A DNA stretch of 64,000 nt, from IMG/VR virus record IMGVR_UViG_3300007511_001080, positions 2,264-66,263 of that record, one strand, 5' to 3'. Below, piece by piece: positions 18,932 through 25,675 of the stretch. Position 1 is the stretch's first letter; every line of letters begins with the position of its first letter. This stretch comes from a virus. Below the pieces are notes generated by a model. The model was given only the letters and a program-made list of their open reading frames with translations, was not told where the DNA came from and did no database searches. Made by a program: the position numbers and the translations under genes.

Positions 18932-19205
18932 TCGCTACTTCTATTATCTCCATACAGGAGTCTCGCCAATCACCCAACTCTTCAGACAAGTGAGCAGCAG
19001 ATACAGGAGTCTTGGGGCTCAACTGCATCGTTTCACCTTCATACACATCCCACATATCACATGCGAGAGGATTTTTATTTGTACCATAATCCAGATTTGG
19101 TTCCTTCTCAAACGCATGGACTGAACCATCTTGGTCACGTGCGACATATTTGAAGTTCTCTGGAATTAGGGTTTCAATAACCACTCGTTTCATTACGCGT
19201 GTCAT
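18912..19205 (-). CDS. Hypothetical protein
   Basis: KYVARDQDGSVHAF...W...DWRDS. Confidence 0.65.
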   Translation of the reverse strand: MTRVMKRVVIETLIPENFKYVARDQDGSVHAFEKEPNLDYGTNKNPLACDMWDVYEGETMQLSPKTPVSAAHLSEELGDWRDSCMEIIEVASEDANE

Positions 19206-19380
19206 AACTATTTCCTACATAATAAGGATAAGAATATACTCTGGATACCCCAAGACGAACACCACCTTGGCCAGAGTAGTAATTGTGAGCTCTTGACGAT
19301 GCCTCTATAGTATCGTATAACTTCACAAAAGAATTGCCGTCTTTCAATTCAACTAATACGGCTGGATTTCGTTTTTGCAT
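19174..19380 (-). CDS. Hypothetical protein
   Basis: 68 aa ORF in operon. Confidence 0.5.
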   Translation of the reverse strand: MQKRNPAVLVELKDGNSFVKLYDTIEASSRAHNYYSGQGGVRLGVSRVYSYPYYVGNSYDTRNETSGY

Positions 19381-19381
19381 A

Positions 19382-19474
19382 TCAAAGTTTTGAATTCATT
19401 ATTAAAAAAAATACAATCACTATAATAACTATTGCAGTACCAAACATAGAAAGAGCTAGTGAAAGTGCATCCAT
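19382..19474 (-). CDS. 30 aa single-TM microprotein (MDALSLALSMFGTAIVIIVIVFFLIMNSKL)
   Basis: Manual translation; start overlaps the upstream stop (TAATG). Confidence 0.5.
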   Translation of the reverse strand: MDALSLALSMFGTAIVIIVIVFFLIMNSKL

Positions 19475-19779
19475 TACATACCACCTCTCAACTCTGCCTT
19501 TTTTTGTTCATACTGTATATCTACATCTCTTATAAATTGCTTCATGTATCCAAGCAATTCCTCAATATGGGATGGATACAAATCCTCTGTGATTTTATTT
19601 CGTATCAAATCTGGATTTTCTATCATTTCTTTAATTTCAGTATAACTAAAATGTGGTGAACTGTCAAGTGAAAACATACAACAAAATTGTTCATCTTCTT
19701 TTTTTGATGCACTACCTGACCAAAAAGTATAGAAATCAGAATTTATCCAGCGGGAATAGCTCATCTCAGACCACTCCAA
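19474..19779 (-). CDS. Hypothetical protein
   Basis: ORF track; likely start MSYSRW. Confidence 0.6.
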   Translation of the reverse strand: MEWSEMSYSRWINSDFYTFWSGSASKKEDEQFCCMFSLDSSPHFSYTEIKEMIENPDLIRNKITEDLYPSHIEELLGYMKQFIRDVDIQYEQKKAELRGGM

Positions 19780-19991
19780 TTCATATCTGGGTCATCGAAC
19801 ATATCTTGTTGTTCTGACCTATACGTTTTCTCTATTGCCTCTTCAACTTTTCTTTCGTCAATCACATGCTGAGGACAATTCCCCTCTTCTGGAATAGAAA
19901 TTTCCACATCTTCATTTTCATTCTGAACAACCATATCTTCAGTCAAAGTAAAAACAATTTCAGTTTCTTCTTGGTTTTTCATTATTCCCAT
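19761..19991 (-). CDS. Acidic hypothetical protein
   Basis: ORF track. Confidence 0.55.
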   Translation of the reverse strand: MGIMKNQEETEIVFTLTEDMVVQNENEDVEISIPEEGNCPQHVIDERKVEEAIEKTYRSEQQDMFDDPDMNWSGLR

Positions 19992-20113
19992 GTTACCTTT
20001 TTACGACAAAGTTTTTTAGATAGACGCTTCTTGTCGTTACCTTTACGTTTGGTAGAGAAACGACTCATCCGAAGGACAGCGTCAAATTTTTTGAGTTCAG
20101 ATAGTGTTTCCAT
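19982..20113 (-). CDS. Small basic protein (43 aa, METLSELKKFDAVLRMSRFSTKRKG...)
   Basis: Manual translation; AGGGGA SD and promoter at 20143-20171. Confidence 0.5.
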   Translation of the reverse strand: METLSELKKFDAVLRMSRFSTKRKGNDKKRLSKKLCRKKVTWE

Positions 20114-20178
20114 AATTTCCCCTTTTCTCACTTTCTACTTTCATTATATAGAAAGTAACAGGATTTGTCAAGACATAT

Positions 20179-20931
20179 TTAAGTAAAATTTAATAGTGGT
20201 GCAATATCTTCTATTCTTTTTTTAGCAATATCATAATATTTCTCTTCCTTTTCTATACCTATAAATTTTCTATTTGTATTTTTACAAGCAACCCCTGTAG
20301 TACCAGAACCCATACATGGGTCAAGAATAGTATCATTTTCATTACTATATGTTTTTATAAGATATTCCATAAGAGCTATAGGTTTTTGTGTAGGATGTAA
20401 TTTTCCTTCCCTTTCGGCAGTTCTGAAATATATTACACTACGAGGAAATCTTTTACCGCTTTCACTTTTAACATGAACTTCTGTTGTTTGTTTTCCGTAA
20501 GCCTCTGTATCTCTCACACCAATTCCTTTATCGTATGGTTCTCCATCTACCATTTGTGGATTATATGTACATAATTTTTTATAAAAAACTACTATGTCTT
20601 CATGTGCTTTTAGGGGCATCTTTTTTGAATTAAGATAACCAGTTGCTTTAGATTTCTCCCACACTAAACAATAACGAAACATCAAATAGTTTGTAGATAT
20701 GAGTTTAGATGTAAATGGTTGTTGAGCTGTTGATATTATAGCTGCATTAGGTTTACATATTTTATCAACATATTTCCAAAATTGCTCATAATCAATTATG
20801 ACATCCCACTCATTCCTTTTATTCAAAGTGCCGTATGGAAAGTCTGTTAATAATAAATCAATACTTTGAGGTTCAATCTTCCCCAAAATATTGAACATAT
20901 CATCATTATATAATTTTATTTTTGAAGCCAT
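20179..20931 (-). CDS. N4-cytosine/N6-adenine DNA methyltransferase (beta-class motif order)
   Basis: TDFPY catalytic motif precedes HPTQKP and LDPCMGSGTTG SAM-binding motif. Confidence 0.9.
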   Translation of the reverse strand: MASKIKLYNDDMFNILGKIEPQSIDLLLTDFPYGTLNKRNEWDVIIDYEQFWKYVDKICKPNAAIISTAQQPFTSKLISTNYLMFRYCLVWEKSKATGYLNSKKMPLKAHEDIVVFYKKLCTYNPQMVDGEPYDKGIGVRDTEAYGKQTTEVHVKSESGKRFPRSVIYFRTAEREGKLHPTQKPIALMEYLIKTYSNENDTILDPCMGSGTTGVACKNTNRKFIGIEKEEKYYDIAKKRIEDIAPLLNFT

Positions 20932-21491
20932 TCTGTAAACTTTTTTACTTCAGACATATCAAGATTGAAATCACTTCTATATTTTTCCATATAGATTGCT
21001 TTCTTTGGATTACGTTGTTTGTGATGATTAAGAATAAAAACCTTCAGGTCTTTACCAGTTGCCCTCTTAAACTTTGCAGGATGATATTGCAATGCCGTGT
21101 CCGCAAGAGCTCTTTGTCCGGCCACAATAGCATATTCTACATTATCTGGAACTTCTGGTGAATTATAAAGTTCAATAAAGTCATTAACCGCACGTTTCAA
21201 GTAACAAACATCCAAATAGCATTTGGATTCTATCACTTTAACCAATACACCATCTCTATAACAATGTTTATCTACTGAATGGTTATTAAGTTGTATACCA
21301 TCAATTATCTCTGATTTTTTAGGGTCTTTTTCACCTTTCTTTGCAACAAGTCCAAAGAACCCACACATACTCTTGATAAAGTTCTCAAAAATAAGTCCAG
21401 ATTTACTTCTTACTGCACCCCCACCTTTAGTTTTATGTAGTAGTGGTAAACCATCAACTTCATTATTGTAAATTTCAATAATATCTTTCAT
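20916..21491 (-). CDS. Putative type II restriction endonuclease (PD-(D/E)xK)
   Basis: GLIFE...VDKH...IESKCYLD motif; overlaps the MTase gene. Confidence 0.55.
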   Translation of the reverse strand: MKDIIEIYNNEVDGLPLLHKTKGGGAVRSKSGLIFENFIKSMCGFFGLVAKKGEKDPKKSEIIDGIQLNNHSVDKHCYRDGVLVKVIESKCYLDVCYLKRAVNDFIELYNSPEVPDNVEYAIVAGQRALADTALQYHPAKFKRATGKDLKVFILNHHKQRNPKKAIYMEKYRSDFNLDMSEVKKFTEWLQK

Positions 21492-21534
21492 CTCGAATCT
21501 CTGAAAGGGTTATTGTCTCTCTCATCATGTTTAT

Positions 21535-21563
21535 ATTATATGAAACTTTATTGCAAATGTCAA
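21535..21563 (-). promoter_or_regulatory. Sigma70-type promoter (TTGACA-17-TATAAT) for the nuclease-MTase pair
   Basis: Read directly. Confidence 0.7.
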
Positions 21564-21745
21564 GAAGTTTTTTGCCTTTTTTCATTTTCTTTTACAACTG
21601 ACCTGTTGAGAATCCTGAGATGTGCATCTGAGAGATGGTGTAAGACAATAATTTTGTCTTTGTCTATTGCAGTTCCAAGGTCTACATAGGTTCTACAGAG
21701 GTCCATACCTCTGGCTTGTGAACGGACATATTCTTCGTTATTCAT
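21560..21745 (-). CDS. Hypothetical protein
   Basis: Start MNNEEY with AAGGA SD; the longer ORF overlaps tRNA-Pro. Confidence 0.55.
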   Translation of the reverse strand: MNNEEYVRSQARGMDLCRTYVDLGTAIDKDKIIVLHHLSDAHLRILNRSVVKENEKRQKTS

Positions 21746-21755
21746 TTTTTTCCTT

Positions 21756-21832
21756 TGGTCGGCGTGGCAGGATTTGAACCTGCAACCACATGGACCCAAA
21801 CCATGCATTCTACCAGATTGAACTACACGCCG
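21756..21832 (-). tRNA. tRNA-Pro(TGG)
   Basis: CGGCGTG...CATGG-TTTGGGT-CCATG...GGTTCAAATCC...CACGCCG-A-CCA. Confidence 0.95.
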
Positions 21833-21842
21833 ATCTTTCCAT

Positions 21843-22556
21843 TTACCATTTAATTATCTTTAAATTTTTGACTATACCTTGTTGAAAGGTATTCCAATCA
21901 GATTCCCATATAATATGGAAATTATATCCTTGAGATTTGATAAATTCGGCTCGTATTTTATCTTTTTCCCATTTCTCTTGAGCAGTATACCCAACAATTT
22001 TCTTATCAGCAGAATATATGTTTGGATTTGCATGAAAATAATCACCAAAAAATTCATATACATTATTTTCAATCAATCCATCAACAAAATATTTTCCAAT
22101 CTTAACTTCCCTATTTGATTCACCACTAGGTATGTTTAGATAATCTAAACATTGTTCGGAATTTGAACTTCCTCTACCAAATTTTTTATATAATGCTTTA
22201 TCTAAATCTGGAACTGGTCTTTTTAATTTTTCATATACTCGTATGTAAGCATCTTTTGTCAAATCCCCTCTCAATAATGGTTTATTATATTCTGGATTTT
22301 CATCTCTCACCTGTTGTTTTATTTCTATCCACAAACCATAATTTGGATGAAGTTTATTTCCTATGGTTATTAATTTTCCATCTACAACTGCCCTCAATCC
22401 ATTTGACAAACAATGATTTACCCTCTTTCCAACTTTAGATTGAGAATGTCTTTTAGAACCATCTGGAGCATTCCATCCCCAAGATGCTTTATCAAATTCG
22501 GTATAATGACATAGTTTACCAGTAGTATTACATACTTTATGTTCAAATATTTTCAA
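21843..22556 (-). CDS. Vsr/DUF559-like nuclease, probable free-standing homing endonuclease in the tRNA cluster
   Basis: YFVDG...VYEFFGDYFH...KDKIR...GYNFHIIWESDW; AT-rich insert between two tRNAs. Confidence 0.75.
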   Translation of the reverse strand: MKIFEHKVCNTTGKLCHYTEFDKASWGWNAPDGSKRHSQSKVGKRVNHCLSNGLRAVVDGKLITIGNKLHPNYGLWIEIKQQVRDENPEYNKPLLRGDLTKDAYIRVYEKLKRPVPDLDKALYKKFGRGSSNSEQCLDYLNIPSGESNREVKIGKYFVDGLIENNVYEFFGDYFHANPNIYSADKKIVGYTAQEKWEKDKIRAEFIKSQGYNFHIIWESDWNTFQQGIVKNLKIIKW

Positions 22557-22580
22557 TTTTCAACCTCAAAAATTTTTAAT

Positions 22581-22654
22581 TGGCAGGTCACCAAGGAATC
22601 GAACCCTGACCAAGAGATTTGGAGTCTCTTATTCTACCATTAAACTAGTGACCT
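22581..22654 (-). tRNA. tRNA-Trp(CCA)
   Basis: AGGTCAC...AGAGA-CTCCAAA-TCTCT...GTGACCT-G-CCA. Confidence 0.95.
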
Positions 22655-22901
22655 ATTTCTTCTTTTTCTTCTCAATCTTCTTTTCAAGATTTTTCAATTC
22701 TTCTTTCTTATTAATAATCTCTTTTTTTAGTCTTTCCAAATCCTTCATATCTGCTAATGCCATCTCCATGCGATTTACCATAGTTTGAGTCTCTTCGATG
22801 AGAGAAGGTAGAATTGCGAAATTTCTAGTTTCCATGCAGGTTCTCATTTCAGTAAGAACATCACACACATAGCGATTTAGACCATAAAGACCATAATTCA
22901 T
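22653..22901 (-). CDS. Hypothetical coiled-coil protein
   Basis: 82 aa ORF. Confidence 0.65.
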   Translation of the reverse strand: MNYGLYGLNRYVCDVLTEMRTCMETRNFAILPSLIEETQTMVNRMEMALADMKDLERLKKEIINKKEELKNLEKKIEKKKKK

Positions 22902-22920
22902 ATATACTTTCTGTTAAATT

Positions 22921-22996
22921 TGGAGCGAGTGAAGGGGCTCGAACCCTCGACATCCACGTTGGCAACGTGGCTCTCTACCAGCTGAGATACACTCGC
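22921..22996 (-). tRNA. tRNA-Gly(GCC)
   Basis: GCGAGTG...CCACG-TTGCCAA-CGTGG...CACTCGC-T-CCA. Confidence 0.95.
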
Positions 22997-22998
22997 TC

Positions 22999-23058
22999 AT
23001 GTTAGGGATGATAGGACTTGAACCTGCGACCTTATGCTCCCAAAGTATGTGCACTATC
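22999..23058 (-). pseudogene. Degenerate 3' part of a tRNA-Pro(TGG)
   Basis: ...CATAC-TTTGGGA-GCATA-AGGTC-GCAGG-TTCAAGT-CCTAT-CATCCCTAACA; stems mismatched, 5' half missing. Confidence 0.65.
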
Positions 23059-23220
23059 TCCCTTTTGAACATCTATTTTGACCTCAACCTTTGCGAATTC
23101 TTTTAGTATTTCTATTAGTCTTGCATTTTTCTCAGGACTTAATTTGCGCATTTGCTGAATACTCGCACCATCAAAACCCATTTTATATAATTCGTTATGT
23201 CCTATTTCTTGGTTTGACAT
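23032..23220 (-). CDS. Hypothetical protein ending inside the tRNA-Pro remnant
   Basis: 62 aa ORF with AAGGA SD. Confidence 0.5.
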   Translation of the reverse strand: MSNQEIGHNELYKMGFDGASIQQMRKLSPEKNARLIEILKEFAKVEVKIDVQKGDSAHTLGA

Positions 23221-23610
23221 TTATCCTTCAAAAATACTCACTAGTTCTTTAGTTAAATTCATTGCGGTTACCGTAGCAGGAATAACACTTCCTAACATAA
23301 CTGCTTTATCGTTCCAATAAAATCCTACTGCCGTCCAAGAATATGCTCCAATCACATAAAATAATTGTCCAAATAAAGGTAAGTCTGAATTCTGTAAAAA
23401 TATTCCTATAACAGCTGATACAACTCCAATCCATTTGAAATATGAATCTGGCCCACCTGTTGGTGTACTTGGCGAAACCTCTTCAAACTGTTGTTGCATT
23501 TCTTCAAGTTCTTCTTGAAGTCGCCTTTTTTCTTTCGACAATTCCATTGCAAGACTTCCCGCCTTGCTCATTTGTCTTTCTTCTTTTAAATCTATATCTT
23601 TAGTATTCAT
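23221..23610 (-). CDS. Membrane protein with N-terminal coiled coil
   Basis: Hydrophobic C-terminal segments. Confidence 0.65.
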   Translation of the reverse strand: MNTKDIDLKEERQMSKAGSLAMELSKEKRRLQEELEEMQQQFEEVSPSTPTGGPDSYFKWIGVVSAVIGIFLQNSDLPLFGQLFYVIGAYSWTAVGFYWNDKAVMLGSVIPATVTAMNLTKELVSIFEG

Positions 23611-23624
23611 ATAACACTAATGGT

Positions 23625-23873
23625 CTATCTCGTTAGATTACTATATATCTCAAGTTTTTCCATTTTGTTCTGTATACCTTGAACAATATCTGCATCATCT
23701 ACCAAACCATTCTTTTTCATCAGTTCAATCATACACACAACATCTGCAACTTCTTGTTTCAAGTCTCGTAAGGCATGAACTTTGAAATCGGTCCTTAAAA
23801 CCTTGGAACATGCTTGAGTCAGTTCACCACATTCTTCCATAGTGATAATCATAAGTTCTGTAAGTTTTTCCAT
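23625..23873 (-). CDS. MazG-like NTP pyrophosphohydrolase
   Basis: MEECGELTQACSK...LKQEVADV (EExxE...ExxD). Confidence 0.75.
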   Translation of the reverse strand: MEKLTELMIITMEECGELTQACSKVLRTDFKVHALRDLKQEVADVVCMIELMKKNGLVDDADIVQGIQNKMEKLEIYSNLTR

Positions 23874-23885
23874 AAATTACTTTCT

Positions 23886-23963
23886 TGGCGGTCCCAATGA
23901 GATTTGAACTCATGTCTCGGCAGTGACAGTGCCGTGTCCTAGACCTGACTGAACGATGGGACC
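23886..23963 (-). tRNA. tRNA-Asp(GTC)
   Basis: CGGCA-CTGTCAC-TGCCG anticodon arm; G-CCA end. Confidence 0.95.
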
Positions 23964-23964
23964 A

Positions 23965-24040
23965 TGGCTCCCCGAGCTGGACTCGAACCAGCGACCGAGG
24001 CGTTAACAGCGCCTTGCTCTACCAACTGAGCTATCGAGGA
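23965..24040 (-). tRNA. tRNA-Asn(GTT)
   Basis: AGGCG-CTGTTAA-CGCCT anticodon arm; G-CCA end. Confidence 0.95.
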
Positions 24041-24041
24041 A

Positions 24042-24116
24042 TGGAGCACCCTCTCGGATTTGAACCGAGTATTGAAGCTTACAAGGCTACTGTTATACCA
24101 ATTTAACTAAGGGTGC
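24042..24116 (-). tRNA. tRNA-Thr(TGT)
   Basis: GTAGC-CTTGTAA-GCTTC anticodon arm; CCA end. Confidence 0.9.
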
Positions 24117-24219
24117 TTGTCTTATAAAGAATTAATGCATATGCCCTTTGTACGGAAGAGGAAAATTATCCAGTTCTTGCCATCCTTCCCTAAATTATCA
24201 CATAAATCAATCCTATTAT

Positions 24220-24303
24220 TGGTGGGCGGAGGCGGAGTCGAACCACCACAGTCTTAGACGGCAGATTTACAGTCTGTTGAGCTCACCTATGCTCAGTCCA
24301 CCC
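24220..24303 (-). tRNA. tRNA-Tyr(GTA)
   Basis: ACAGA-CTGTAAA-TCTGC anticodon arm, long variable arm, A-CCA end. Confidence 0.9.
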
Positions 24304-24471
24304 TTTAGTATAAAATCCAACGAACATCCTGGCAGTCTCTGGACTACCTTCAAAAATATGTTGAGAAGTCGCTTCTCTAAGGTCATCAAACTCAATCCCC
24401 TCTTCATCCGTAGTGGACATCACTTCACCAGTGAAGCGACGTTCAACATCAAACACAAAATACTCATCCAT
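24283..24471 (-). CDS. Hypothetical protein whose 3' end runs into tRNA-Tyr
   Basis: 62 aa ORF with GGAG SD and an upstream promoter-like element. Confidence 0.55.
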   Translation of the reverse strand: MDEYFVFDVERRFTGEVMSTTDEEGIEFDDLREATSQHIFEGSPETARMFVGFYTKGWTEHR

Positions 24472-24550
24472 TTCGTATCTCCGAAAAGGTTAATCATCAA
24501 TTGTTGAACCTTATTTTCTCATATGCTGATAACATAGTCAAGTCTTTTTT

Positions 24551-24608
24551 TGGCACCCCCAACATCCAAATTACAAGCTTGGTGCTCTGCTAATTGAGCT
24601 ACACGGGC
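24551..24608 (-). pseudogene. Truncated tRNA-Thr(TGT) lacking the T arm
   Basis: GCCCGTG-TA-GCTC-AATTAGCA-GAGC-A-CCAAG-CTTGTAA-TTTGG-ATGTT-GGGGGTG-CCA. Confidence 0.7.
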
Positions 24609-24637
24609 ATAGATAGCGAAATTTAATCATAATCATT

Positions 24638-24811
24638 CTACAAAACAAGTTCCACATCACATTTTGCAACCCCTGCATGTGGTGCAACAAAAATGTCACA
24701 CTCAACCGGCTGCAGAACTTGTGTTGGTTGCAGTTTTTGTTCTTCACTGGGAACTTCTTCTTCCCATTCTTTGTTGCAGTAATTACATCGGTAATTATAC
24801 GTAGGTGACAT
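24638..24811 (-). CDS. FmdB-like zinc-ribbon small protein (57 aa)
   Basis: Manual translation MSPTYNYRCNYCNKEWEE...C...C; AAGGAG SD. Confidence 0.6.
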   Translation of the reverse strand: MSPTYNYRCNYCNKEWEEEVPSEEQKLQPTQVLQPVECDIFVAPHAGVAKCDVELVL

Positions 24812-24877
24812 TTTTTGTTGCTCCCTTTTAATTTAATACTTTATACTTATATTTAAGATTCCTTTATTGTCAAGTGA

Positions 24878-25294
24878 TTACCACTCAATATCATATTCAA
24901 AGTTATTGGTGGTCATATTTTCTGCAATCAACTCTGCTCCATTACTCAAGTGAAACTTTGTTGCCATCTCTGTCTTTGGACTGAGCGTGACAAGTCTCTT
25001 GAATCGGTATGTTTCTCTAATCATGGCTTGTAAATCAAGGATAATTTTTCTACCCATCCCCTTCTCAAGTGACCAAAGTGTATATGCAACTACAATCGAG
25101 CCCACATTTGCGGACAATAAAGTTTCCTCATCTGCAGGAACCCTATCAAGATAAGCAAGACAGACGAATGCTCTTTCATCAATATGATAGACATCTCTAC
25201 CTGGAGCAATTCTAACCTTACCCTTAATATGTGGCCGCACTGGGTCTTTTTTGATATACATCGACACAACTTTTGAGTCTACTTTTTCTATCAT
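24878..25294 (-). CDS. Hypothetical protein, possibly GNAT-like fold
   Basis: Start MIEKVDS after AAGGA; YTLWSLEKGMGRKII, LVTLSPKTEMATKFHLSNGA. Confidence 0.6.
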   Translation of the reverse strand: MIEKVDSKVVSMYIKKDPVRPHIKGKVRIAPGRDVYHIDERAFVCLAYLDRVPADEETLLSANVGSIVVAYTLWSLEKGMGRKIILDLQAMIRETYRFKRLVTLSPKTEMATKFHLSNGAELIAENMTTNNFEYDIEW

Positions 25295-25304
25295 ATTTCC
25301 TTTG

Positions 25305-25380
25305 TGGTGGAGCTGACAAGAATCGAACTTGCTACCTTCTGCGTGCAAGGCAGACGCTCTCCCAGATGAGCTACAGCCCC
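25305..25380 (-). tRNA. tRNA-Ala(TGC)
   Basis: GGGGCTG acceptor with G3:U70; TCTGC-CTTGCAC-GCAGA. Confidence 0.95.
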
Positions 25381-25381
25381 A

Positions 25382-25456
25382 TGGCACCCCGACTTGGAAT
25401 TGAACCAAGAATGATGGCTTAGAAGGCCACTGTTATATCCATTTAACTATCGGGGC
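25382..25456 (-). tRNA. tRNA-Arg(TCT)
   Basis: GTGGC-CTTCTAA-GCCAT anticodon arm; G-CCA end. Confidence 0.93.
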
Positions 25457-25466
25457 CTACACTATT

Positions 25467-25494
25467 ATTATACAGTATAAACCCCTTTTGTCAA
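25467..25494 (-). promoter_or_regulatory. Sigma70-type promoter of the tRNA cluster (TTGACA-16-TATAAT)
   Basis: Read directly, ~10 nt upstream of tRNA-Arg. Confidence 0.75.
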
Positions 25495-25504
25495 GTAACT
25501 CTAT

Positions 25505-25612
25505 TTAGGTGGAAGTATGACAATCTTCTGGACAAAGATTATTGGGTGAACATCTACAAATTTCACAGGTACAATTATTACATTCACAATTTGGATTATT
25601 ACAATTAGGCAC
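25505..25612 (-). CDS. Metallothionein-like Cys-rich peptide (35 aa)
   Basis: AGGAGGT SD then GTG: MPNCNNPNCECNNCTCEICRCSPNNLCPEDCHTST (9 Cys, 1 His). Confidence 0.7.
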   Translation of the reverse strand: MPNCNNPNCECNNCTCEICRCSPNNLCPEDCHTST

Positions 25613-25675
25613 GGAACACCTCCTTCCTGAGCTTAGGTTGAGGAATATGTGGAGTTGCCTCCACATATCTATTTA

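Noticed and set aside
24148-25408. ORFs or ORF extensions overlapping tRNAs (24148-24507; 5' part of 24878-25408)
   Set aside because: Translations of tRNA sequence; real starts lie outside the tRNAs
15733-25456. Suppressor tRNA or alternative genetic code
   Set aside because: All anticodons read sense codons, and core genes are intact in the standard code using all three stop codons
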